Assembly (NCBI GenBank): GCA_028866835.1
Contig: JAGWHJ010000003.1
Coordinates: 1-62,670, forward strand
Direction: 5' to 3'
Length of the DNA: 62,670 bases
Origin: Candidatus Micrarchaeota archaeon
GTDB taxonomy: Archaea > Micrarchaeota > Micrarchaeia > Micrarchaeales > CABMGC01
This document shows, piece by piece, positions 30,513 through 40,057 of this stretch. Numbering within the stretch: the stretch's first letter is position 1; each line of letters opens with the position of its first letter. Below the pieces are notes generated by a model. The model was not told where the DNA came from. It did no database searches and saw nothing but the letters and a program-made list of their open reading frames with translations. The position numbers and the translations under genes were made by a program.

Positions 30513-31814
30513 ATGCAAGACGACGATAAACCCAGGAAAGCCATAGACACGCCCAGGGGCACAAGCGACATGGGCTTCAGCGAGGCAATCGCTGCAGACG
30601 AGACCATATCTGTCATAACCGAGACATTCAAGAGGTTCGGCTTCTCGCCGATCGACACGCCGGCGATAGAGAACCTGAGCGTGATAAATTCCAAGGCTTA
30701 CGGCGACGAGCCCACAAAGCAGATATACACCCTTGAAGGCGGCGAAGCAGGAATGAGGTTCGACTTCACTGTGCCGCTAGCAAGGTACCTTGCGATGAAC
30801 AGGAACCTTGCGCTGCCCTTCAAGAGGTACCAGGTGGGCAAGGTGTGGCGCAAGGACGAGCCGCAGCGGATGCGCTCCAGGGAGTTCATACAGGCTGATA
30901 TAGACATAGTCGGGAGTTCGGAGCTGGACTGCGAGGCCGAGGTCCTAGCCGCTACGGCGAGCGCACTGGACGCGCTCGGCATCAATGGCTTTGTCATACT
31001 GCTAAACAACAGGAGGATGCTCAACTCGCTGCTCCTCTCATTCGGCGTGCCGAACGAGAAGGAAGCCGCAGCTGTAAGGATAATAGACAAGCTCGCCAAG
31101 CAGGGCGCAGAGGCGACTATAGACCAGCTCTCGCAAGGCATAATGGACAGGCCAAACGCCGAGAAGCTCGTTGCATTCGTACAGGAGTCCGGCGGCAACG
31201 ACGAGAAGCTCTCAAAGCTTGCAGCCAACTCCAACGCAAGCCAAAAGGAGATAGAGGACACTAAGAAGCTCATTGCCATGCTCCAGCAGTACGGCCTCAA
31301 ATGCGAGATAAGGGTCGATCTCTCGCTCGCCAGAGGCCTCGACTACTATACTAGTTTCATCTGGGAATTCATAGCCTTTGATGGCAAGAAGCAGCTGCCA
31401 TCGATTGCCGCAGGCGGCAGGTACGACGAGCTCATTTCCATGTTCACAAAGAGCAAGATGCCAGCCGTCGGTTCTTCGATAGGGGTGAGCAGGCTCCTCG
31501 CGCTCTTCAACGGGAGGAAGCCCAAGAAATCATACGTCCAGGTGTTCGTTGCAAGGATAGGCGAGGAGAACCGCGAGTACGCCGGCACGGTGTGCCAGCT
31601 TCTGAGGCTGGGCGGCATTTATACGGACATGGATGTCACTAGGCGCAGCATCTCGAAGCAGCTCGATTATGCTAACTCGATAGGGGCAAGGTACGTTGTT
31701 GTGGTGGGAAACCAGGAAAGGGCAGCCAAAAAGGTCAAGCTCCGCGACATGTCCAGCGGCAACGAGGAGCTCCTTGATCTTGCAGCGCTGCTGCCGAGAC
31801 TGAAAGGTGTTTGA
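30513..31814 (+). CDS. hisS: Histidine--tRNA ligase
   Basis: TPRGTSD, RFDFTVPLAR, REFIQADIDIVG, LARGLDYYT, AGGRYD. Confidence 0.97.
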   Translation: MQDDDKPRKAIDTPRGTSDMGFSEAIAADETISVITETFKRFGFSPIDTPAIENLSVINSKAYGDEPTKQIYTLEGGEAGMRFDFTVPLARYLAMNRNLALPFKRYQVGKVWRKDEPQRMRSREFIQADIDIVGSSELDCEAEVLAATASALDALGINGFVILLNNRRMLNSLLLSFGVPNEKEAAAVRIIDKLAKQGAEATIDQLSQGIMDRPNAEKLVAFVQESGGNDEKLSKLAANSNASQKEIEDTKKLIAMLQQYGLKCEIRVDLSLARGLDYYTSFIWEFIAFDGKKQLPSIAAGGRYDELISMFTKSKMPAVGSSIGVSRLLALFNGRKPKKSYVQVFVARIGEENREYAGTVCQLLRLGGIYTDMDVTRRSISKQLDYANSIGARYVVVVGNQERAAKKVKLRDMSSGNEELLDLAALLPRLKGV

Positions 31815-31815
31815 T

Positions 31816-32334
31816 ATGGCAAAAACCGAAGTAGACGAAGTGACTGAGAGTGCATTGAACAACGGCGGTCTTCTTGTAAAGTTCTATTTTGACATGGAGA
31901 GCGAGAAGAAGGAGGACCTGCAGCCGCTCATGGCCGACCTGATAAACAACAGGCTGCTTAAGACGACCGGCGTGGTTTACTGCTACGGCAGCATAGAGGA
32001 GCCCATAAAGACGAAGGAAACGTACGTGACAAACGCTACGGTCACGGCCCTTGTAAAGGACTTGAGAACCCTTGTGGGAATAACCTTCACATTCTCTCCT
32101 GCCGGGCTCGAGATACTCCGGCCGCAAAAGGACTACCCACTGAAGATAAGCGAGATGCAGTCGATACTTCTCAGCCTTTCCCAGACTGCTGCTGACTACT
32201 CGCAATACATCCTAAGCAGGGTTCTTACCAAGGAGGATTACGAGAAGATAAAGCTCGCGATGCAGGCAAGGGAGGAGATAGGCAAGAAGATGCTTTCTAA
32301 GAAGGATGCCAACGCCGGAGAGAAGAAGGACTAA
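31816..32334 (+). CDS. Hypothetical protein
   Basis: Coupled to hisS, host-like codon use. Confidence 0.75.
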   Translation: MAKTEVDEVTESALNNGGLLVKFYFDMESEKKEDLQPLMADLINNRLLKTTGVVYCYGSIEEPIKTKETYVTNATVTALVKDLRTLVGITFTFSPAGLEILRPQKDYPLKISEMQSILLSLSQTAADYSQYILSRVLTKEDYEKIKLAMQAREEIGKKMLSKKDANAGEKKD

Positions 32335-33434
32335 TCTACAAGGCCCCTAAGGACCAATCTCTTCAGTATGACCGTGGGCATGTCCATGTCGCCGTACTTC
32401 CCGAGGAAGGAGCTCATGCCAAACATCTCCATCAGCCCGAACGCCAACTCGAGCCCCCTGTTTCCTGATCTGCTGTAGAATGACCTCAGCATCTTATGAA
32501 GGCCGATATCGGCGCCGAATCTCTTCATAAAGACCCTCCTGTACTCCAGAAGGCTCCCGCCGTCATTTATGTGCCTTACTATCGCCTCGGCTGCCATTAT
32601 CGCGGCATTCCCCCCGAAGACTATCCCTCCGCCAGTGGTTGCCTTTATCTGTCCTGCCGCATCGCCCACGAGAAGCACACGCCTCTCCGCGTCAACTATG
32701 CTCTCCCTCAGACCTGTCGGTATTATGCTCGCCCCTTCCTCGATAGGTTTCAGCCCTCCGACGACATCACTCATCGCCTTCGATCCAATGAAATTGTCGA
32801 ATGCCTGCTTGCCATTGCCGAAACGCTGGTCGATGCCAACGCCGACTTCCAGTCTGTCCTCCGCATTCGGGCACGTCCAGGCGAAGAGGCCTTTGTATGC
32901 CGTATTGTCGAAGTAAAGGTCCACAAGGCCCACGTCCTCCACGGGCGTTTCGTAAACCGCCTTGTAGGTAAGGAGCATGCCGCTCATCCGCCCCATCGAG
33001 AAGTGGCTTGCAACCGAGGAGACCGCGCCATCAGCGCCTATAACTATCCCCGCCTTTGAAAACCCATCTAGTTCCCTGCCGCCTATCCTTGCCCCAAGCC
33101 TGATATCCGCCCCTGCAGATGCAGCCTCTTCGAAGCAGATGGCGTTAAGCGCTTTTCTGTCAAGAACATGCGCTATGGGCGCCTTTGAGGACACTTTCAT
33201 TGTCTTCCTGCCCGCGTGCAGCCTTGCTCCTGTAAGCGTATTCGTCACCGCCATCGAATAGCCTATGCCCAGGGATTCAAGACCCTTTATCGATATTATG
33301 CCTGATGCGCTTATCGGCGCGTCAAGGCGATGCTTCTTCTCGTGCACTACTGTATTTATGCCACTGCGCGCCAGGTGTTTCGCGGCTATAAGCCCCGCCG
33401 TACCTCCACCTATAATATTGACGCATTCGTCCAA
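32331..33434 (-). CDS. Geranylgeranyl reductase family flavoprotein
   Basis: IIGGGTAG, VLDRKAL, IGADGA, FAWTCP, LVGDAAGQIKATTGGGI. Confidence 0.9.
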   Translation of the reverse strand: MDECVNIIGGGTAGLIAAKHLARSGINTVVHEKKHRLDAPISASGIISIKGLESLGIGYSMAVTNTLTGARLHAGRKTMKVSSKAPIAHVLDRKALNAICFEEAASAGADIRLGARIGGRELDGFSKAGIVIGADGAVSSVASHFSMGRMSGMLLTYKAVYETPVEDVGLVDLYFDNTAYKGLFAWTCPNAEDRLEVGVGIDQRFGNGKQAFDNFIGSKAMSDVVGGLKPIEEGASIIPTGLRESIVDAERRVLLVGDAAGQIKATTGGGIVFGGNAAIMAAEAIVRHINDGGSLLEYRRVFMKRFGADIGLHKMLRSFYSRSGNRGLELAFGLMEMFGMSSFLGKYGDMDMPTVILKRLVLRGLVD

Positions 33435-33503
33435 AGAAACACAACCTTAATAATCTTTCATGGCCCACACTAACTAATATTCTTTTCTAAACAGTATGAT
33501 TAG

Positions 33504-36500
33504 ATGGCACTACTTGTACCAATTCTAATAGGTCTAATTTCGATAATCGTTCCGGGCCTGCTCCTGGCGCTTGCACTTCTGAGGAAGACAGACCTGCCGA
33601 TGTTCGAGATAGTCGTAATAGGGTTTCTCTTCGGCATGATCTTCCCGCCTACGCTGACGTGGCTGGAATCCTATCTTATCAGTTACGTCCATTTCTTCAC
33701 GTTCTCTGCGAATCTGTACGGCCTCAACGTGCTGATACTCAGCATCATAGGCGCCGCGCTTTGCCTCTGGCAGGGCATCTTCAACATCAGCTCATTCACG
33801 AAATCAACGAGGAAGGGGCAGGACATCAGCGTTGCGATGGCGGCCGACTACAAGCAGAGGATAAAGAACGTCCGCGAGACGGTCTCGAACCTCAGCATAG
33901 ACATGGGCGTCATCAAGAAGCACGAGAAGGAGGAGGAAGAGCTCGTGCAGAGGCACAGGGAGGAGATGCAGCTGCTGGGCAGCGCTGGCGATGAGGAGAA
34001 GCGGAAGGTCCAGGAAGCCCACATGCAGCAGGAGAGGCAGCTTTATCAGGAGCACGAAGCCGAGGAGCGCATGCTGCTAAGGAGGGGCGGGGAGCAACCG
34101 AGCTTCAGGATAAATCCCATCTGGGTATTGCTCCTGATTCTAATGCTTGTCGCGTTCTCCACAAGGATAGCGAACATAGGCGTCGCCCCTACGTACTTCG
34201 AGTTCGACCCGTATTTCGACATGATAAGCACGGAGTACATACTCGTGCACGGTTACCAGATACCTACGGACCATTCCGCATGGCCGACTGTTGTCAACGG
34301 CACCAACCACGTGCTCGAGCCCATAGTCCCGTATGTGGAAGCATACTGGTACCAAATCTCGGCCCCGCCACTGCCTTCAAACACCGTCTCGCTGTCGCCA
34401 GCAAGCCAGGCTAATGTCTTTGCGCCATCCGCAACCTCGATCAACATCGCGCTGTTATCAGACGTAAGCAGCTTCTACCCGCCAATAGCCGCTGCGCTTC
34501 TAGTGTTCGCTGTGTTCCTGTTCCTTTATCACGAGTATGGAGAGATGCCGGCCATAGTCGGCGCAATCCTTGCAACTGCCATGCCAGCACTTATAACTAC
34601 CTTCATAGCCGGAGAGCAGCTCGTTGAGCCGTGGGGCATCATGATAATGTTCTTCTTCTACGCAGCATTCCTGCTTGCCGTCAACAATCCGAAGGAGAAG
34701 AGATTCGCCATCCTTGCAGGAATTGCGTTTGCAGCCAACTTCCTCGGGGCGCACTACTACACGGTCACCGCCGGAGTTTACGCGTTCTACATCATACTGC
34801 AGGGCATAATAGACATCCTGCGGAAGAGCGACACGAAGGACTTCTACATCATGAATGCGATAATACTCGGTATCATAATACTGATCTACCTGCCTTACGG
34901 TCCTTACAACTCTTCGCTTACAAACAGGGTATCCACAATACTCGGAGTGCCGATAATCATCGCAATGCCTTTGCTCGCACTCGTATTCGTATTCGTTGCA
35001 GAGTACATAATCAAGCAGCTTGTCAGGATGAGGACCATAGCTGACGCCGTTATGTACAGGGCAGCAATCATCGCGCTGCTCATAGTCATTGCAGTTGCGC
35101 CTCTACTCTTCACCAGGCTTGGCGCCCCGTTCCAGAAGTACATACAGCTCAGCGTCCATTTCACCACGCCATCATCGCCTCTTTTCATGACTGTCCAGGA
35201 GTACATGCCCACGGGCTGGAACTATGACTTCGGCGCAGCAGGCTTCGGCATAATAGGCAGCAACATATTCGGCGTTTCATTACTGATATGGTCTGTGCTC
35301 ATCGGGTTCACCGCGATCGAGCTTTACTCCATATACAAGAGGAACTCAAAGAGCAGCATACTTGCCATAGCGGCCGTAATACCACTTGCAGTTGCAGGGA
35401 TGAGCGAAGTCAAGTACCTGCCCCACTTCGGCGTTGGGTACGTAATTGCAATATGCGCCATAATCGGCGAACTGCTGATACTGATGAAGATAACCAACGT
35501 CGAGAAGCACCAGAAGTTCGTGTATGGATACACCGCGGCCCTGATCCCCATTGCAGTGATCCTTGCAGTTACAGGCGTCTCGTATCTCCTGATGCTCATC
35601 GCAGGCATGGTAATAGGACTGATACTTCTGGCGATAGGGATGCTCTACTACTTCAAGAGCGAGAACTACGGTCTCTACTTCTCCATAGTATTTCTGTTTG
35701 TAATATTGATAATAACGTCGGAATTCATGCCAGCGACGGCCACTGTGCTCCAGGCAGCATTCAATCCAAGTTGCTCTTCGATAAACAACTCGAACAACGT
35801 GATCGGCGCAGACATGTTCTGCAACCAGGTTCCTAAATACTGGCTGCTCGCCACTGCATGGATGCGAAACAACGTAGGTCCTTTCGGACCGAGGATCCTC
35901 TCATGGTGGGACTACGGTGACTGGATAAACTGGTACGGCAACAGCAACGCGGCCCTTAGGGGTGACAACTCGGTGGCGTCCTACGACTACGCTACAGCAG
36001 CGCACATAATCCTCAGCGCAAAGGATGGGATGACCGCGTCGGCCCTTGCGAGCTTCATGGACGCCTCCCAGGCAAAGTACATGCTTCTTGACGACCAGCT
36101 TGTGCCTAAGTGGGGCGCTCTCGACTTCCTCGGTTGCGTCAACATCAACCAGACGAGCCAGTCGTTTGCAACGCAGGCAGGCAAGAGCCTGAACCCGCCG
36201 CAGCAATACCTGCTCGGGACCTCCAACTGCGAGCTTACCCATGATCCTGTATCCATACTCGTCCCCATCTCACCTACTGTTACTGACTATTGCTCATTCT
36301 CCAATTCGTCGAACATCGCGGTGACCGGGATAGGCATCCTCGGCACCACGGGGATACCAGCAAACGTCAGCTACTGCGTGCCTGAGTCATTCCTGTACAA
36401 CCCGACAACCACAAGGCTACTTAATACAAATGGCACGGCCTCAAACGCATACATCGTTCCGTACTATTTCGATGGCGTGCAGGCCATTGGAGGTCAGGAC

Positions 36501-36776
36501 TATGCAATCTTCCTGGTTATATACGCGCCGAACGGGCCGAACGGCACAATCACGGATGCTCCCACAAGCTTCTACAACTCCACGTTCTACCGCGGTTTCT
36601 TCCTCGGCAAGCTGCCTGGCTTTTCGGTCGCCTACCCGAGCAACTTCACCGGCATCAATTTCGTGAACGGCACGTACAAGGTCGTTATACTGCAGCTCAA
36701 CAACTTCAGCGGCAGCCTCCCGGCCGTGACCCAGAAGAAGCCTTGGGTCAACAACAGCTACGTAATGCCAGGATAA
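33504..36776 (+). CDS. aglB: Oligosaccharyltransferase AglB (STT3 family) with long N-terminal extension
   Basis: FEFDPYF, TVQE, multiple TM helices, ILSWWDYG, DDQLVPKW (DK-like motif). Confidence 0.92.
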   Translation: MALLVPILIGLISIIVPGLLLALALLRKTDLPMFEIVVIGFLFGMIFPPTLTWLESYLISYVHFFTFSANLYGLNVLILSIIGAALCLWQGIFNISSFTKSTRKGQDISVAMAADYKQRIKNVRETVSNLSIDMGVIKKHEKEEEELVQRHREEMQLLGSAGDEEKRKVQEAHMQQERQLYQEHEAEERMLLRRGGEQPSFRINPIWVLLLILMLVAFSTRIANIGVAPTYFEFDPYFDMISTEYILVHGYQIPTDHSAWPTVVNGTNHVLEPIVPYVEAYWYQISAPPLPSNTVSLSPASQANVFAPSATSINIALLSDVSSFYPPIAAALLVFAVFLFLYHEYGEMPAIVGAILATAMPALITTFIAGEQLVEPWGIMIMFFFYAAFLLAVNNPKEKRFAILAGIAFAANFLGAHYYTVTAGVYAFYIILQGIIDILRKSDTKDFYIMNAIILGIIILIYLPYGPYNSSLTNRVSTILGVPIIIAMPLLALVFVFVAEYIIKQLVRMRTIADAVMYRAAIIALLIVIAVAPLLFTRLGAPFQKYIQLSVHFTTPSSPLFMTVQEYMPTGWNYDFGAAGFGIIGSNIFGVSLLIWSVLIGFTAIELYSIYKRNSKSSILAIAAVIPLAVAGMSEVKYLPHFGVGYVIAICAIIGELLILMKITNVEKHQKFVYGYTAALIPIAVILAVTGVSYLLMLIAGMVIGLILLAIGMLYYFKSENYGLYFSIVFLFVILIITSEFMPATATVLQAAFNPSCSSINNSNNVIGADMFCNQVPKYWLLATAWMRNNVGPFGPRILSWWDYGDWINWYGNSNAALRGDNSVASYDYATAAHIILSAKDGMTASALASFMDASQAKYMLLDDQLVPKWGALDFLGCVNINQTSQSFATQAGKSLNPPQQYLLGTSNCELTHDPVSILVPISPTVTDYCSFSNSSNIAVTGIGILGTTGIPANVSYCVPESFLYNPTTTRLLNTNGTASNAYIVPYYFDGVQAIGGQDYAIFLVIYAPNGPNGTITDAPTSFYNSTFYRGFFLGKLPGFSVAYPSNFTGINFVNGTYKVVILQLNNFSGSLPAVTQKKPWVNNSYVMPG

Positions 36777-36809
36777 AAGTTATTAATTCAGAGCGGCGGA
36801 ACAATAATC

Positions 36810-37943
36810 ATGAAGCTTATTGTGCTCCAGCCCTATCTGAATCTGAGGGGCGGCGTTGAAAGGGTAATACTGAAGATAGCACAGCACTACAGGGCAAAAA
36901 TCTACACCCTTGAGTACGACCCAAAGACCACTTTCGACGGGTTCGGAGACATTGACGTCAATGTCATTGGGAAAGATGCGCCACTCTCAAACCTTCTGCC
37001 ATACCGTGCATCCCAGGGCATGAGGTACGGCTACAATTTCTACAACATGAAGATAAAGGAGGACTACGACGTCCTCAATCCGCACATCTCTCCAAGCGAA
37101 TGGATACGCCACAAGAACGCGAGGGTTCTGTGGTACTGCCACACGCCGCCGAGGGAGGTCTACGACCTTTACGAGACGAGGATGCAGAACCGGCCCTACC
37201 GCGAAAAGCTCGTCTACGCCGCAATGGCAAGCGTGTACAAGGCCATCGCCGGCGGCACGATAAGGAAGATCGAGCGGATAGCAACCAACAGCAAGACTAC
37301 CAACGAGCGGATAAAGAAGTATTACGGCAGGCCGGCAACCGTTGTCAATCCAGGCATAGACGCCAAGGACTTCACGAACAGCGGCGATTCGAGGTACTTC
37401 CTCTGCCCGTCGAGGATAGTCGTCAACAAGCGCCAGGAATACATGATAACTGCGTTCAGCCAGTTCTCAAAGGCAGCGAAGGACGGGAGGTACAAGCTGG
37501 TGATAGCAGGCACGCTGTCAAACGACCCGGAACACGCCAAGTACCTCACAAGGCTTAGGCACGCCGCGAAAGGGCTCAATGTCGTATTCAAGACAAACGT
37601 AGGCGACAAGCAGCTCAAGGAGCTTTATTCAAGCGCATCCGCAGTGCTATTTGCCGCCATAAACGAGGATTACGGCCTCATTCCTTTAGAGGCCATGGCA
37701 AGCGGGAAGCCGATAATCTCGGTCAACGAGGGAGGCCCCAGGGAGACGGTACTCCAGGGCAAGACCGGGTATCTGGTGAACTCGCCATCGGAGATGGCCG
37801 AGAGGATGCTGCAGCTCTCAAAGGATCGCAAGCTCGCAGAGGACATGGGCGCCGCAGGGAGGCGCCTAGTCGAGCTCAGATACAGCTGGGATGCCTTCTT
37901 CGAGAAGCTGGGGCCGCTCCTCAAGCAGGCAGGCAAGGCCTGA
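36810..37943 (+). CDS. GT4 family glycosyltransferase
   Basis: GGVERV, YCHTP, EDYGLIPLEAMASGKP, GGPRETV. Confidence 0.93.
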   Translation: MKLIVLQPYLNLRGGVERVILKIAQHYRAKIYTLEYDPKTTFDGFGDIDVNVIGKDAPLSNLLPYRASQGMRYGYNFYNMKIKEDYDVLNPHISPSEWIRHKNARVLWYCHTPPREVYDLYETRMQNRPYREKLVYAAMASVYKAIAGGTIRKIERIATNSKTTNERIKKYYGRPATVVNPGIDAKDFTNSGDSRYFLCPSRIVVNKRQEYMITAFSQFSKAAKDGRYKLVIAGTLSNDPEHAKYLTRLRHAAKGLNVVFKTNVGDKQLKELYSSASAVLFAAINEDYGLIPLEAMASGKPIISVNEGGPRETVLQGKTGYLVNSPSEMAERMLQLSKDRKLAEDMGAAGRRLVELRYSWDAFFEKLGPLLKQAGKA

Positions 37944-37991
37944 CCATGGAATAAGTTTTTATATCTCCGAAGACTCATCTTATTAGATATT

Positions 37992-38687
37992 ATGAACGCT
38001 GAGAGAAAAGTAGCACATAATGGCAACGGTAGGCATGGCTGGCTCGAGGCGATGAACACTCTGCGCGGCGGCCTCCCGTCAAACATACTGCTTGATGAGG
38101 TCTTGATGCAATCCGAAGCATGGATGCCAATAATGGCGCAGGGATATCATGGTTCATGGACAAGGGAGGTCCTAGTGCATCCTGCAGCGAACGGCACCTT
38201 TATCAGGGGGAAGGCCGTTGTCGACGCATTCAGGGACGGCGCAGGCAGGCGATGGGTCTTTCCAGCCTCGCAGATTCCCGAGGAGGCCATAGGCGTCCGT
38301 AATGTTGCGCTGGTTGTGAATCCCCACATTGTCGATGTTCAAAGGGGAAGAGTGACTATAATAGCCCTGCCAGGAGCAGTAACAGTACTGGCCCCGTTCA
38401 TGCAGCAAAGCGGTTTTGGGGCAGTAGAGCCATCCACAAGGCTGCCCTTGGCATCCAATGGAAATGGGTTTGCTGAAGAGGGACAGAAGGGGCACCTTTA
38501 CAGGATCGAAGGCGCCGGCGTACGCCCCATGGCACGATACTTCATCTTGGTTGACAGGGGACTGATATACGCAAGCATAGGACCTGACGAGAACCTAGGC
38601 GGCGTCAAGGGAGGAAACCATGCGCTTGGGCCTGGCCGAACAGAGCTTGAGAATGCGCTCGGCGGAGCGGCATTACTGAGGAAGTGA
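37992..38687 (+). CDS. Hypothetical protein; paralogue of 13142-13825
   Basis: 231 aa, colinear shared motifs (see 13142). Confidence 0.75.
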   Translation: MNAERKVAHNGNGRHGWLEAMNTLRGGLPSNILLDEVLMQSEAWMPIMAQGYHGSWTREVLVHPAANGTFIRGKAVVDAFRDGAGRRWVFPASQIPEEAIGVRNVALVVNPHIVDVQRGRVTIIALPGAVTVLAPFMQQSGFGAVEPSTRLPLASNGNGFAEEGQKGHLYRIEGAGVRPMARYFILVDRGLIYASIGPDENLGGVKGGNHALGPGRTELENALGGAALLRK

Positions 38688-38697
38688 GCCGGGCGGC

Positions 38698-39132
38698 TTA
38701 TTGCCCAGTAAACATAGCATCCTTTATTTTCGAACTCTTGAATCTCCCACTTTTGTAAGCCCTGATCCTGACTATCCTTACCTTCATGTGGTGGCGTGCA
38801 AGGAATTGCTTCAGGTACGGCATGTCAACCCGCTGGTCGTATCCGAGCACTATGACATCCGGATTTATCACCGGCAATATCTCGTACACGTCATTCCAGT
38901 GTGCTATCCTATTGCCGAGCATCGCCTTGTGTACGAACCTTATCGCGCCAACCATCTCCAGCCGTGCCCTCTCGTCCATCACCGGCTTCTTGTGCTTCAG
39001 CATCTCGATGCTCCTGTCCCTTGCAACCACTACAAAGAGCCTGCCGTACCTGCTCGCCTGCTCGAGGTAGTGCACATGCCCTGGATGGAGTATGTCGAAA
39101 GAACCGAAGGCAACGGCTGTCTTTGTGCGCAT
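38698..39132 (-). CDS. ribL: FAD synthase (cytidylyltransferase-like)
   Basis: GSFDILHPGH, VVVARD, PDVIVLGYDQ, KSSKIK. Confidence 0.88.
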   Translation of the reverse strand: MRTKTAVAFGSFDILHPGHVHYLEQASRYGRLFVVVARDRSIEMLKHKKPVMDERARLEMVGAIRFVHKAMLGNRIAHWNDVYEILPVINPDVIVLGYDQRVDMPYLKQFLARHHMKVRIVRIRAYKSGRFKSSKIKDAMFTGQ

Positions 39133-39163
39133 AAGTAGACTTTGACTGTTAAGAATAAGAAGA

Positions 39164-39358
39164 TTATGCGGCCGCGCCGCGCAGTTCTGTCATCAACTGC
39201 TTCCTCAGCACCTTCCTGTCTGCCGGCGACAGTGCGCCCCTGTCCCTCTGTATCTCCTTTAACCTCCTATCAACTGCCTGCCCTAGCCGCCTTGCTCCGT
39301 GCAGTTCTGCAGCACGCAATTGCGCCTGCCTCCTGCCTATGGTCCTGTAATCCGCCAT
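39164..39358 (-). CDS. Small basic hypothetical protein (64 aa)
   Basis: ATG preceded by GGAGG; fills the gap between ribL and the divergent Lrp gene. Confidence 0.5.
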   Translation of the reverse strand: MADYRTIGRRQAQLRAAELHGARRLGQAVDRRLKEIQRDRGALSPADRKVLRKQLMTELRGAAA

Positions 39359-39467
39359 TGCAATCCTCCTTAGCTAATTAAAGGTGCGGAACGGCTATTT
39401 TATTATTCTTGCCAAATTTTCCAATAATAACCGAAAAATATTTAAAAGTTTGAATATAATTCAAATC

Positions 39468-39923
39468 ATGAAAAAACTACGACGGGAGATAATAGAGCTG
39501 CTTAAGGCGGGGAATTGCACGCCACGGATCTCCACTATAGCGAGCAAGCTGCATTCCAGGTCGAGTACCATCCATTACAACATAAAACAGCTGGAGAAGG
39601 AAAGCGCGATAAGGTCATACAGGGCGGTTTTCGACTACAAGAAGATAGACGAAGGCTTCTGCAGCTTTGTGCTCATAAGCCTTGCATCCGGTAGCTACAA
39701 GGACCCGGACAAGATTGCGGAGATACTGTCAAAGTATCCGCAGGTGGAGAGCGTCGACATAATAACAGGCAGATGGGAGCTCATAATTAAGGTTCGTACG
39801 GCCAACATGGACGAATACTACGAATTCGCTAAGAATCTGGTAGCGATAGGAGGCGTCGACAAGACCGAGACGCTTAACTCCATAAGGCAGGTAAAATCGG
39901 AGTTCACAAGGGCAATCAATTAG
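39468..39923 (+). CDS. Lrp/AsnC transcriptional regulator
   Basis: HTH STIHYNIKQLEKESAIRSYRAVFDYKKI and RAM domain ITGRWELIIKV. Confidence 0.92.
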   Translation: MKKLRREIIELLKAGNCTPRISTIASKLHSRSSTIHYNIKQLEKESAIRSYRAVFDYKKIDEGFCSFVLISLASGSYKDPDKIAEILSKYPQVESVDIITGRWELIIKVRTANMDEYYEFAKNLVAIGGVDKTETLNSIRQVKSEFTRAIN

Positions 39924-40057
39924 GACTACGTCAAAATATCGCCGACAACCAAAACCTATAAAAAGTTTACCCACGCATATATGCTAGGATTATTGATATC
40001 ATAAAACCCCAGTTTATGGTATTGCTACTCATAACGACAAAAAACTAAGGTGAAAAT

